The notes below the pieces were generated by a model, which was given only the letters and a program-made list of their open reading frames with translations, was not told the origin of the DNA and made no database searches. A stretch of DNA of 46,958 bases from Lama guanicoe (taxonomy: Eukaryota). The stretch covers positions 1 through 46,958 of the forward strand of contig MU054189.1 of NCBI GenBank assembly GCA_013239625.1. The letters run 5' to 3'. The translations under genes and the position numbers were made by a program. Shown in pieces: positions 37,022 to 46,958 of this stretch (position 1 is its first letter; every line of letters starts with the position of its first letter).

Positions 37022-38707
37022 GTGGCATATGTTTCTTCAGAAATTCAAAATTTGTCTTGTAAAGATGGACCAATTTTTTCAGGAAACTCCGTTAGGTCTC
37101 TATTGTGTGATCAAACATTCTCTGGGGACTTGGACTTGAGGTCTATAATTGAAGAAAATGCTTTTCAGACTTTGTCTGAAGAATCTTTGATAAAAAATCC
37201 AAGTTACACACATTGTGTCTCTGAACGACATCAAGATAATGATTTTCGTTCTCTGAAATTTCCAAGAAAGCTCGGGAAAATGGCTGGGAATGACCAGCTT
37301 AAATCCATCTGGTGGGATGATAATGGAGCTTCCATAGTGATTGATGAAGATGCCTTTAAGGAGGAAGTTTTGGAGAGAAAGGCCCCTTTCAGAATACTTG
37401 AAACTGGAAAAATGAAAAGTTTAGTTAGACAGCTTAACCTTTATGGGTTTAGAAAAGTGTGGCAGAATTTTCAAAGCTATGTTTGTCTGGCTGAATTTCT
37501 GGCAGAAGTCAAAGAACTCTCTGTTTTAAGAAAGGTATTCAGAAATTTTAGTTACCACTTTGTAACTTATGTATAAATTTTATTTTGTACTTCAAACTAT
37601 GGTAAAAACTATGGTAAAAAAAATGTAAATCTAGATTTTGTATATTGCATAAAACTACTGAGAATAAAATCCTTTATTTTTTCTAAAAGAGTGACAGTGC
37701 CTTAAGTAGTCAATATAATGAGAAACTTTGCTTGCAGCTATGAATCTTAACAGAAATCTAAATAAATGTATTAAATCTGCTTTTAAAAAGTAGCATTCAC
37801 CTTTACTGAAAATGGTAACTTCTTAAATTTGATGACTATGCTATTTAAATGTGTATTTTCCAAATAAGGATCTTCAAAATATCGCAAGCAATGTTCATAT
37901 TTTGATGATATTATCTTTGCATAGTAAACGTGAAATCTGAGGTTTTATACGTTAGGCTTATTGTAGTCTTGTATTTTGGTTTAAAATTGTTTAAATCTTT
38001 CTCTTTTGGTTGTAGCTGCAGTTCTATCATAATCCAAATATCAAACGAGGCTGTCCCCAGCTTTTAGTGAGAATAAAAAGAAGACTAGTGATGAAAAATG
38101 CCTCTCTGGTATCTTCATTGGCTGAAGATTACAAAAAGACACACTTTAAAGCAGAGGGTAATGTGGATAATCATAATTCTGATTTTGTGTCTGACACTAG
38201 TGGAGAAAGTGCATTTTTACCTTCTGCAAATTGAAACTTGCCTCTAATAATAAAGCCCACTACTAGCCACATAATTGGTGGTACAAATATCCTGATCAGA
38301 TGTGCTTTTTCTCCTCCATCATCAATGTCAGCTAGACCACCAGAAATAATTGCAGTGGATCAACGTGCTATTTAAATCACTTGACCACTGTCCATGGGCA
38401 CTCTTAAAGCAGCTACACTGAAGCAAATGGCTGTGTTGTGAACTTCATTACAACTAAAAATTCTACTTCTCAGTACAGCACTTTGGCTCCCACACAGAGC
38501 AATTATTTTGGACTGATGTTGGAGCCTTCTACTTTTCCAAATAGATATCACAACATATCTGCCAATGAAGGTCGTTTTCCTAAACTTCAACCAGGGAGCA
38601 ACCCACGCTTTCCAGTGCCAGTGAAAGCTGATACATCAGCTACATCTCTTGCAACTTGAACTCATTAGCCAACTTCAGTTTATGAACGTCATACTAATTA
38701 CAACTGA
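37022..38707 (+). pseudogene. HSFY: HSFY copy B, two exons (37022-37534, 38016-38707); probable pseudogene with an open DNA-binding-domain frame
   Basis: ORF 37022-37576 is HSFY exon 1 (FPRKL, SIWWDDNG, KSLVRQLNLYGFRKV). GT donor 37535, AG acceptor 38014-38015, exon 2 begins LQFYHNPNIKRGCPQLLVRIKRR. Lesions: ATG>GTG start, TGA 38232, 1-bp deletion ~38372, TAA 38405, TGA 38657, TAG 38666; ancestral stop TGA 38705-38707. Confidence 0.94.
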
Positions 38708-38800
38708 TCTACCAGAGGACTACCAGATTATACAGGATAACAAAGATTAAAATTGATGTTGGTAAAAGTCGACAAATATCTGCAATTTTCATATTTGAAC

Positions 38801-38806
38801 AATAAA
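38801..38806 (+). promoter_or_regulatory. Polyadenylation signal AATAAA of HSFY copy B
   Basis: Positionally conserved with 6368-6373. Confidence 0.6.
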
Positions 38807-39339
38807 CATAGTTTGTAACTTTATTTTCCTTATATTTTTTATATAGAGTTAAGAGTTAAACGGGAGTCTATGTTAACATTTTAGAATAAAAGAGATATTT
38901 GATTGATATGATCATTTGTTGGAACAACATAGGAGTAAATTTAAATAATTTCTTGTAAGGAAGAAGAGTAAATGGAAGAATATGGAAAAAGACAAAAACA
39001 TGGAGAGAGGGAAAATTACTAAGTGGTTTCTGGTTCATCTTGGAAAGGATCACAAGTGTTAAGTTAGGATAGGTTGGAACAGGAAATACATTCAGGAACC
39101 GGCCCAGGGATCATGGTCTCTATTATGTCTTCCCTGGAATCATAAAGGTCTAATGATGTATTCCCAGATGGCACATACATCATGTGGTAGAATTTAAGAA
39201 GTAATTTTATCTATGGTCTTCTTTGTGCTGCTCTCAAAGCATTCCAATTGGTGATTTCAATTCCTGCCCTCAAGAGTCTACACTATTTTTTGTAGTCAAT
39301 AATTTATGTTGCATTTATGTTCCAGCCAAAGACAAGCTT

Positions 39340-39705
39340 ATGTCCTCAGGGTGGCAATTAATGCCTATCCAGCTCTAAGCCCACAAACTCTACTTAAATT
39401 TGTCATTTATCTATAAATCACGCATCTGACTACCTTGGCATATCTTTATGTTTCACTGTATCTGGAAATATATCCAGACAAATGCTTGTCAACTATGTTA
39501 TCTCCAACCTCAACACTTTTGCTCCATCTCAACCTTGGAATTTGGGTGTCCTCCTTTTACCTACTTAGACTTTCCCAGTTTCAGCAGAGAAACCACCTCC
39601 TCCAGATGTTTTCTGTCCATCCCCCTTTCCTTGTCTATCTTGGATACCAGCACAAAAAGCACAGCACATGCCACAGGATGCATTTTAGTATTTAGTGAAT
39701 GAAAA
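39340..39705 (+). mobile_element. Probable ancient LINE-2 3' remnant (paralogue of 6900-7267)
   Basis: 'agcacagcacatgccacaggatgcattttagtatttagtgaatgaa'. Confidence 0.4.
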
Positions 39706-41659
39706 ATACATGATTACTTTAAGCAAAATCTACTTTCCTGAAACAACAAAACTCTCATAATTTTCTAACTATTTCGTTATTGTCTTTACTCTTCACCACA
39801 AACTAGCATTTTTCATAGCCCAAGGACTAGTCACTCAAGAGAGATAGTGGAGGTAGGTACAGGAGACAAAGTATCATTTTCTTTTTAATTCATGCCTCCA
39901 GAGGCCTAAAGCATTCCATTTTCATTTGCTGGATTTTTTGCTGTCTCTTCATCACCCACCCACCCCAAAATAGCTGATTCTCTTCCCCATAGCTATAACT
40001 ATACTGACTTCTTATTAATTTACTTCTTAGAATCAGAGCTTTGTCCAGAAGGGGCAGTGTCATTGCAAACATTTAATGTAGGTTTATACACCCCAGATAA
40101 ATTTTGCCCCTTCTAAGCTTCACACATCATGTATATAAGAGGTCCTAGACTCTTGGTTGTGGTGGTCGTATTCAGTAAACAAATTGCAATCTAACATGTG
40201 TGGACTAGAAATAGGTGAGGGTGGTGGAAATAAAAATTTGTCCAACTACAAGAATGCCAAATTTCTGCAGATATTAGGAAACATAAAATATTCATGGAAG
40301 ACTTTGACAATTTCCCATTAATTTAAGACAAAAGGTGAAGCATTTTTAGAATGTGAAATGCCCTGAAATGCTCGAAAAGTTGTATGCAAGTTTAGGGTTT
40401 CTAAGACTTCTCATAATCATGCATCAAATGTCAGATGATAAGACTGGAATGGCAATATTGAGTCCTGAAAATGTGTCACCAGTTGTGAAGAAAGCCTTCG
40501 ATAATCTGGAGAAAGAGCAAATGGGCCAGGGTAAGCTCTTGCAACATCCCACAAATATGACCTTTACAAGAGAAGAAAAAACTCCACTTGCAGCAGGAGA
40601 ACTGTGTCTGGACAGTAGTGGTTGCTGATACAACAGAAACATCAAGCTTTTAATTTTGTCGTCTCAAATCTGATGGTGGCTATGTTGTTGCTTACATTAA
40701 CAGATTGGGGTTAAGATGGGCTTGTTCAGCAGCTATTTTCCGGCTCTCTTATCAGATAGTGGGTCTTACCGTGATTATCTTAACAAGGTTCTATACGGAT
40801 AAGTCAAAAGCTACAGTTTACTTTCAATATTAGAAATCCTAAAGAAGAATCTTGTTTGTTTCTCCATCTTTAGTTTTCTACCTGGGAAAAGCTAGACTAT
40901 TGGGAAAGTACAAAAGTTTGTTGGTGTTTTGAAAACTATTCCCTGAGCTCTGTCCACTGAATTCTTCCCACTAAATGCTACAAATCTGTTTACTTCTGTG
41001 TGTGTGAAGATGGATTGTTAAGCAGTAACTAAGTTTTTCTTAGTTGAGTCATCAGTGAATTATTCCTCTGCATCTGGCAGAAACGGTGAATTAATAGTTT
41101 CATTGAGCCACCAGATTTTCTTTCAATCAGGGAGAAGTAGATTATATTTCTCCCAGAATACTAATTGTTACCTGTTCATTGAATCCCGAGCTGGTGCTAG
41201 GCCCAAGCCACTGAACACTTGAATTGGACTGAGGCATATACATTCTCCAGTCCCTAGAGCCCAGCACTGGATGGTGTCTCCTTTTTAATTTAAGCTTATG
41301 TCTAATTTTTTTCTTTTAATTCTCATTGTTGACACAACTTATTTTGGGTTTCAAAACCCGTTGACTAATTTACAGAGACTGAACCACTGACTTATTCTCA
41401 TTCACCTTGAAATTGCAGTAACCTTTCTTTCTTGGACTACCTGAAATAGAGTGAGCGTAGTCATCATTTTGAAAGCAGTCCTTAGTGCTAATAATTCTGA
41501 ACCATTACAGTCCTTGTCCAGCACTTGGATGAGGATATTTATTGTGGATCTCAGGGATTATCCTCACATCCCCTAATGCAACCATGAGAAAACATCACAT
41601 TGTTATCCAAAATCAAGTCTTTGTCATTATTGCATTCCCACTACAAAACAGTTAAGAAT

Positions 41660-42050
41660 TGTAGGAGTTCTGAGATTTTTTCATGCTCAGATTTTCAGCA
41701 ACCTAGCATGTTCCTTTCTTACCGTTGCTGTCGTGGAGATGAGACCATCGGTCAGAGACACTGAACTTTATCACTCACAGCAAGAGCAGCCAGGGTTAAC
41801 TTTTGTATACATTCCCTAATCTCAGATGAGTACACAGAGTGAAATTTTGATGCCTACAGAAGCAGTGGTGTGTTAACATTAAGAAATTTTAAGAATGGTA
41901 AAACACTAATTATAATAGTATCTTTATGTATAATTTATTAGAATCACTTATTTATTAGAATCTTTACCTTGAATAAGTATATCATGATTCAAGCTTACTT
42001 GCTGCAGAAACAATCATCAGAAATGATTTGAGAAATAATGACCATTCACT
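41660..42050 (-). mobile_element. Ancient ERVL-class LTR fragment (paralogue of 9610-9990)
   Basis: 'tgtaggagttctgagatttt...ggtcagagacactgaactttatcactcacagcaagagcagcc'. Confidence 0.5.
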
Positions 42051-42054
42051 TTCC

Positions 42055-45000
42055 AATTTTCCTTTTTCTCGCTTCTAGTGAGATTTAATTGGCGTAGAAC
42101 ATTTTGTAAGTTTAGGTGCACAGGATAGTGATTTGATTTACAATTATCATGAAATTAATATCCTAGCAACTTTAGGGAGAATTCATTATCTCATTTACAT
42201 ACAATATTAAAAAAACACAATTTGTCTTTTGGTTGTGATGAGAAACCTTAGGGTCTACTCTCTTAACAACATTCATATATTACATAAAGCAGTATTAATT
42301 GTAATTTTCATGTTATTACGGGGCATCCCCAGAACACGTTTATTTTACTGCTGGCAGTTTGTACTTTTTGAGTGCATTAATGAAATTCCCCTATCCCAAA
42401 CCCTGCCTCTGTTAACTACAAATCTATTTTTTCTTTTAATTATGTTTGTTTTTGAAGTGTACTTTAATCTATAAACTGTGTTAGATTGTCTTACACATCA
42501 TACTGTTTTCTATTTTTATTACATTTCAATCTGATCACCAGAATATATGTAGTTATGATATGTTGCTATTTACAGATATTTCATAGTTATTTACTATTCC
42601 CCATACAGCCCATTTCTTGTCCCTGACTCATTTAATTTGCAAATGGAAAATTTTCTCTCTTAATTTTACTCAAATATTTCTTTTTACTCACCCCATTTCC
42701 CTCCTTCTTGTGAAAAACCTGTTTCTTTGTATATCTATGTCTCCTTTTCTGTTGTGTTTGTTCATTTGTTTCAAATACCAAATATGATTAAAATCATACA
42801 GCATTTGTCATTCTCTTTCTGAATTATTTCACTAAGCTTATTACCTTCTTGGTCTACCCATTTATTGCAAATGACAGGAACTTTTTCTTTTCATAGCTGA
42901 GTAATAAAAAATTGTATTTTTATCTGTATATGTGCATATATAAAAAACTAAAAAATATAAAAATAAAAAAATAGATGGGTAGATATATATACTTTAAACA
43001 CACATATTCTTTATCCATCATCTGTTGATGAGCAATTAATTTGCTTCTATATCCTGGCTATTGTAAATAATGCTGCAGTGAATATATGGTTAAATTTATC
43101 TTTTCTAGTTAGTGTTTTTATTTTCTTGGAATAAGTATCCAGTTATGGAAATGTTGGGTTATATTTCATTTTAAGTTTGTAGATAAAACTGCCTACTCTT
43201 TTCCACAGTGGAAGCACAAATTTACAGTCACTCCAGCAGTGCATGAAGTTGTTTTACTTACATCCTCACCAACCCTTATATTTGTTATCTTTTTGATAAT
43301 AGCCATTCTGACAGGACTGACATAAAATCTCCTTGTGTTTTGGACTTGCATTTTTCTGATGGTTAGTGATGTTGACCGGTTTCATATGCTTATTGTTTAT
43401 CATTCCCCCACTGTATATTCATTTTTTGTAATGGGCTAAATGACCATAACTGTCTGATTTCATTTTTAGGCATTCTTTGTGTTGTATTATTCTCTTTGTC
43501 CTGTGCCACTACCATATTCTTTTTATTACTGTAGATTTGTATTATAATTTTAAATCAGGGAAACTGATACTTCCCCTTTTTTCTTTGTCATATATGTTTG
43601 TTTTTATTGTTTCTTTTCTTTTCTTTTCTTTTCTTTTAGTGATTTCAATACTTTTGTTTTTACATATAAATTTAAGTATTATTTATTGCAAATTCTGAAA
43701 ATGCCCTTGGTAATTTGATAGGCACTGAATGTTAATTAGTGTATTTTCTTGGCTAGTATTGTCATTTAAAGAATATTTTTTCTCATCAATGAACAAATTA
43801 TACCCTTTCATCTGTTTGCATTATCTTCAATTTCTGTTATAAATATTTTATCGTTTTCTCTTTACAGGTCATTTACCTCCTTGGTTGGATATATTTCTAG
43901 ATTTTTTATTTTTAATGCAACTGTAAATGAGACAGTTCCCTCAATTTCTCTATCTGTTAGCGTGTTGTTAGTGTGCAGAAATGCAAGATTTCTGTATGTT
44001 TATTTTACATTCTGAAATTTTACCAAATGCATTGATAAGCCCTAGTAGTTTTGAGATGCCATCTTTATGATTTCTGTTTAAAGCATGTCATCTGCAAACA
44101 GATAGTTTTACTCTTATTCTTAATTAGATATTTTATATGTACATTTATTTGGATAGCTATGGCTAGAATTTCCGATACTATACTGAATAAAAGTGTTAAG
44201 AGTGAACATTCTTGTCTTCTTCCTGCTCTTAAAGGCGATGCTTTCAGCTTTTAATCAGTGAGTGTCACATTAGCTGAGTTCTTGTCATATATGACCTAAA
44301 CTGTGTTGAGGTATGTTTCCTCATGTCCACTTTGAGGAGAAATATAATCATAAATAGTTACTGAATTGTCAAAACATTTTATGACACTACTGATGTAACA
44401 ATATAATTTTTATTCTTCAATTTGTTAGTGTGGTGTATCATACTGATTACTTTGTAAGTAATGAATCACTTTTGCATCCCTGGAATAAAATGGACTTAAT
44501 CATAATGTATAATACTTTTAATGTATTTTTTGCTTTGCTAACATTTTAGAGATAATTTTTGCATCTATGCTTATCAGTAGTTTTTAACCTCTAATTTTTT
44601 GAGGTAATTCTTCCAGTTTTAGTAATAGTGTGATACAGAAAATTTGTGTAGGAAGCCTCCCTTCCTTTCGAAATTTTTGCAATATCTGAGAAGTATAGTT
44701 GATAGCTCTTCTCAGAATGTTTGTCATAATTCTATTGTGAGGCTTTCTAGGCCTGGAATTTTGTTTCTTGGGAGATTTTGTTTAATTAGTTATACAATTT
44801 TATTAGTGATAATCTGTTCATATTTTCTGTTTCTCATTTCATCCTGCAGATTATGTCTTTCTAAGAAATTGTGCATTTCTTCTATGGTTTCCATTTTATG
44901 ATATATAATTTGATGTATCTTCTTATGATGCTTAGTATTCCTTTGATATGAGCTGTAACTTCTCACTTATTTCTGAGCTTATTAATCTGTACTCTTTTTT

Positions 45001-45430
45001 TACCCATGAGTCTGGTTAAAGTTTGTCAATTTTGTTTATCTTTCAAAAGCCATTATTTAGTTTGATTGAATGTTTATATTTTTAATCATTATTTTATTTA
45101 TTTATGTTCTCACCTTTCAGCTGTCTTTCCTTCTACTAACACGTTTGTTTATTATTTTGCTAAATCTTTTGTTTCTAAGGTTATGTTATAAGAGATGTTT
45201 CAAATTATGAGTTGTTTCTTATTTGTATAAGTGGGATTATTTTGCTATAAACATCCCTATTAATACCGCTTTTTCTATACCCCATGGACTTTGTTTTTGT
45301 TGTCATTTTTCTTTGTATATATTTCCTTTGATTTTTACATCAATCCATTGTTTTTTAAAATTGTATGATTTATCCTCCACATTTAACCATTTTTCTTAGG
45401 TTTTTTCCTTTAAGTAAATTTCTATTCTCA
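42055..45430 (-). mobile_element. Old LINE-1 (paralogue of 10000-13398)
   Basis: Colinear with copy A, including the internal deletion near 43400. Confidence 0.9.
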
Positions 45431-46958
45431 CAGAATCCATATGTTTCTTAAAAAAACAAGGAGAAATATAATAAAATTTATGCAAACATCTGAAAGATGG
45501 AAATTTTGTAAAATTGTCTTTAAAAAATAAACAAAACTGTGGGTATTATCCTCCCTGACTTTAGAACGTACTACAAAGCTACAGTAATCAAAACATCAAA
45601 ATATATCACTAAAGAGACATATAGACCAATGTAACAAAATAAAGAGTCCGAAAATAAATCCACACACATAGGGTCAATTAGTCTACAATGAAAGAGGCAA
45701 GAGTATACAATGGAGAAAAGGCAGTCTCTTCAACAAGTAGTTCTGGGAAAACAGGACAGTATATGTAAAAGGAAGATGTATGAACACTTCCTTCCATAGA
45801 ATACAAACTAAGATAAAAATGGATTTATTTCCTAAATGTAAAACCTGAAGCTATACAATTTCTGATCAAGACCATGAGGAGAAATGACTTTGAGGTTAAT
45901 CATAGTAATATTTATTTTTGATCTGTCTCCTAATTAAAAAAATAAAAGGAAAATTAACAATACTATTTTAAGTTTACTGAGGAAAAATTAGATGTATTAA
46001 GTGATACAGGGATTTTATTTCTTGTATAATTGTGAAGTGCAAAACTTTGCAGAGCAAAGTGTAACTTCTACAAGACATATGACAATACAAAGAATAGAAG
46101 GAAAAATTTCAGACAATGAGACCAACATTTTGTTAATATCCATAACATATATGCAGCATATTAGACTGAATATTTTAATACACAGGCCCCAACTTTAAAA
46201 CAGTTTAAGGATCTTCCTGGAAAGTTTTCAAAAACAGACATTTGGATGATTTTCATTCACATAAAAAGAAACATAACTTTGCTATTCATTAGGAAATCTT
46301 AAATCAAAACCAGAATGAAATATAATCTCACAGCAACCAAAATGGCTATTAAAAATGTCTTCAAATGAGAAACATTAATAAGAATGTCAGTAAAAGGGAA
46401 CCAAAGTACACTGTTGGTGGAAATATAAATTGATGCATCCACTAGTATAAAAGTTTAAACAGTGCACGGAAAACTAGAAATAGAACCATTATATGTTGCA
46501 GCAATTCCAGTTTTNNNNNNNNNNNNNNNNNNNNNNNNNNNNNNNNNNNNNNNNNNNNNNNNNNNNNNNNNNNNNNNNNNNNNNNNNNNNNNNNNNNNNN
46601 NNNNNNNNNNNNNNNNNNNNNNNNNNNNNNNNNNNNNNNNNNNNNNNNNNNNNNNNNNNNNNNNNNNNNNNNNNNNNNNNNNNNNNNNNNNNNNNNNNNN
46701 NNNNNNNNNNNNNNNNNNNNNNNNNNNNNNNNNNNNNNNNNNNNNNNNNNNNNNNNNNNNNNNNNNNNNNNNNNNNNNNNNNNNNNNNNNNNNNNNNNNN
46801 NNNNNNNNNNNNNNNNNNNNNNNNNNNNNNNNNNNNNNNNNNNNNNNNNNNNNNNNNNNNNNNGGAACAGAATATATATGTGTAGTGTACCAATTGATGA
46901 TTTGCTTTAGAGACAAACAAGAAGGATGGGGAAGACAGAAATATGCAAGCTAATAGTT
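45431..46958 (+). mobile_element. LINE-1 3' portion (paralogue of 13399-14940; contains N gap 46515-46863)
   Basis: 'ctccctgactttagaacgtactacaaagctacagtaatcaaaac' and 'cagtctcttcaacaagtagttctgggaaaac'. Confidence 0.9.

Larger units (their letters stand above)
31795..46958 (+). repeat. Segmental duplication / amplicon unit, copy B (runs off the window end)
   Basis: Same order and orientation of L1 fragments, HSFY, unique downstream DNA, LTR and L1s as in 1-14940; offset ~31.8-32.4 kb. Confidence 0.95.

Noticed and set aside
37535..37576. 184-aa single-exon ORF 37022-37576 as a complete gene
   Set aside because: The last 13 codons are read-through into the intron past the GT donor; unit A stops earlier in the same intron.
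46455..46953. Long ORFs full of X (also 28120-28354 and 36339-36638)
   Set aside because: Artefacts of translating through N gaps.
1..46958. CRISPR arrays, rRNA/tRNA genes or prokaryotic systems
   Set aside because: No repeat-spacer arrays or structured RNA genes were seen; the sequence is mammalian repeat-rich DNA.

Overview
AT-rich, LINE-1-dense mammalian DNA, most likely an ampliconic Y-chromosome region. A camelid source is tentatively suggested by the L1 3' ends and by the lack of recognisable pig, ruminant, horse, dog or primate SINEs. The window spans about 1.5 turns of a ~32-kb head-to-tail amplicon: 1-~14940 is repeated at ~31795-46958, at about 88% identity by a manual count in one exon-1 sample. 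Each turn carries a two-exon HSFY (heat shock transcription factor, Y-linked) copy on the + strand, at 4607-6284 and 37022-38707. Both reconstruct to a 401-codon HSFY ending in ...NYN*, and both are disrupted. They share one in-frame TAA after codon 301. Copy 2 keeps an open frame across the whole HSF DNA-binding domain (243 codons, GTG start). An RFX X-box and a decayed CRE-like site lie ~140-165 bp upstream of each start. The rest is decayed L1 in both orientations, two LTR types, a probable L2 remnant, microsatellites, a copy-1-specific 387-bp tandem duplication and three N gaps. No intact protein-coding gene, RNA gene or CRISPR array is supported. Repeat boundaries and family names are approximate because they were judged by eye.
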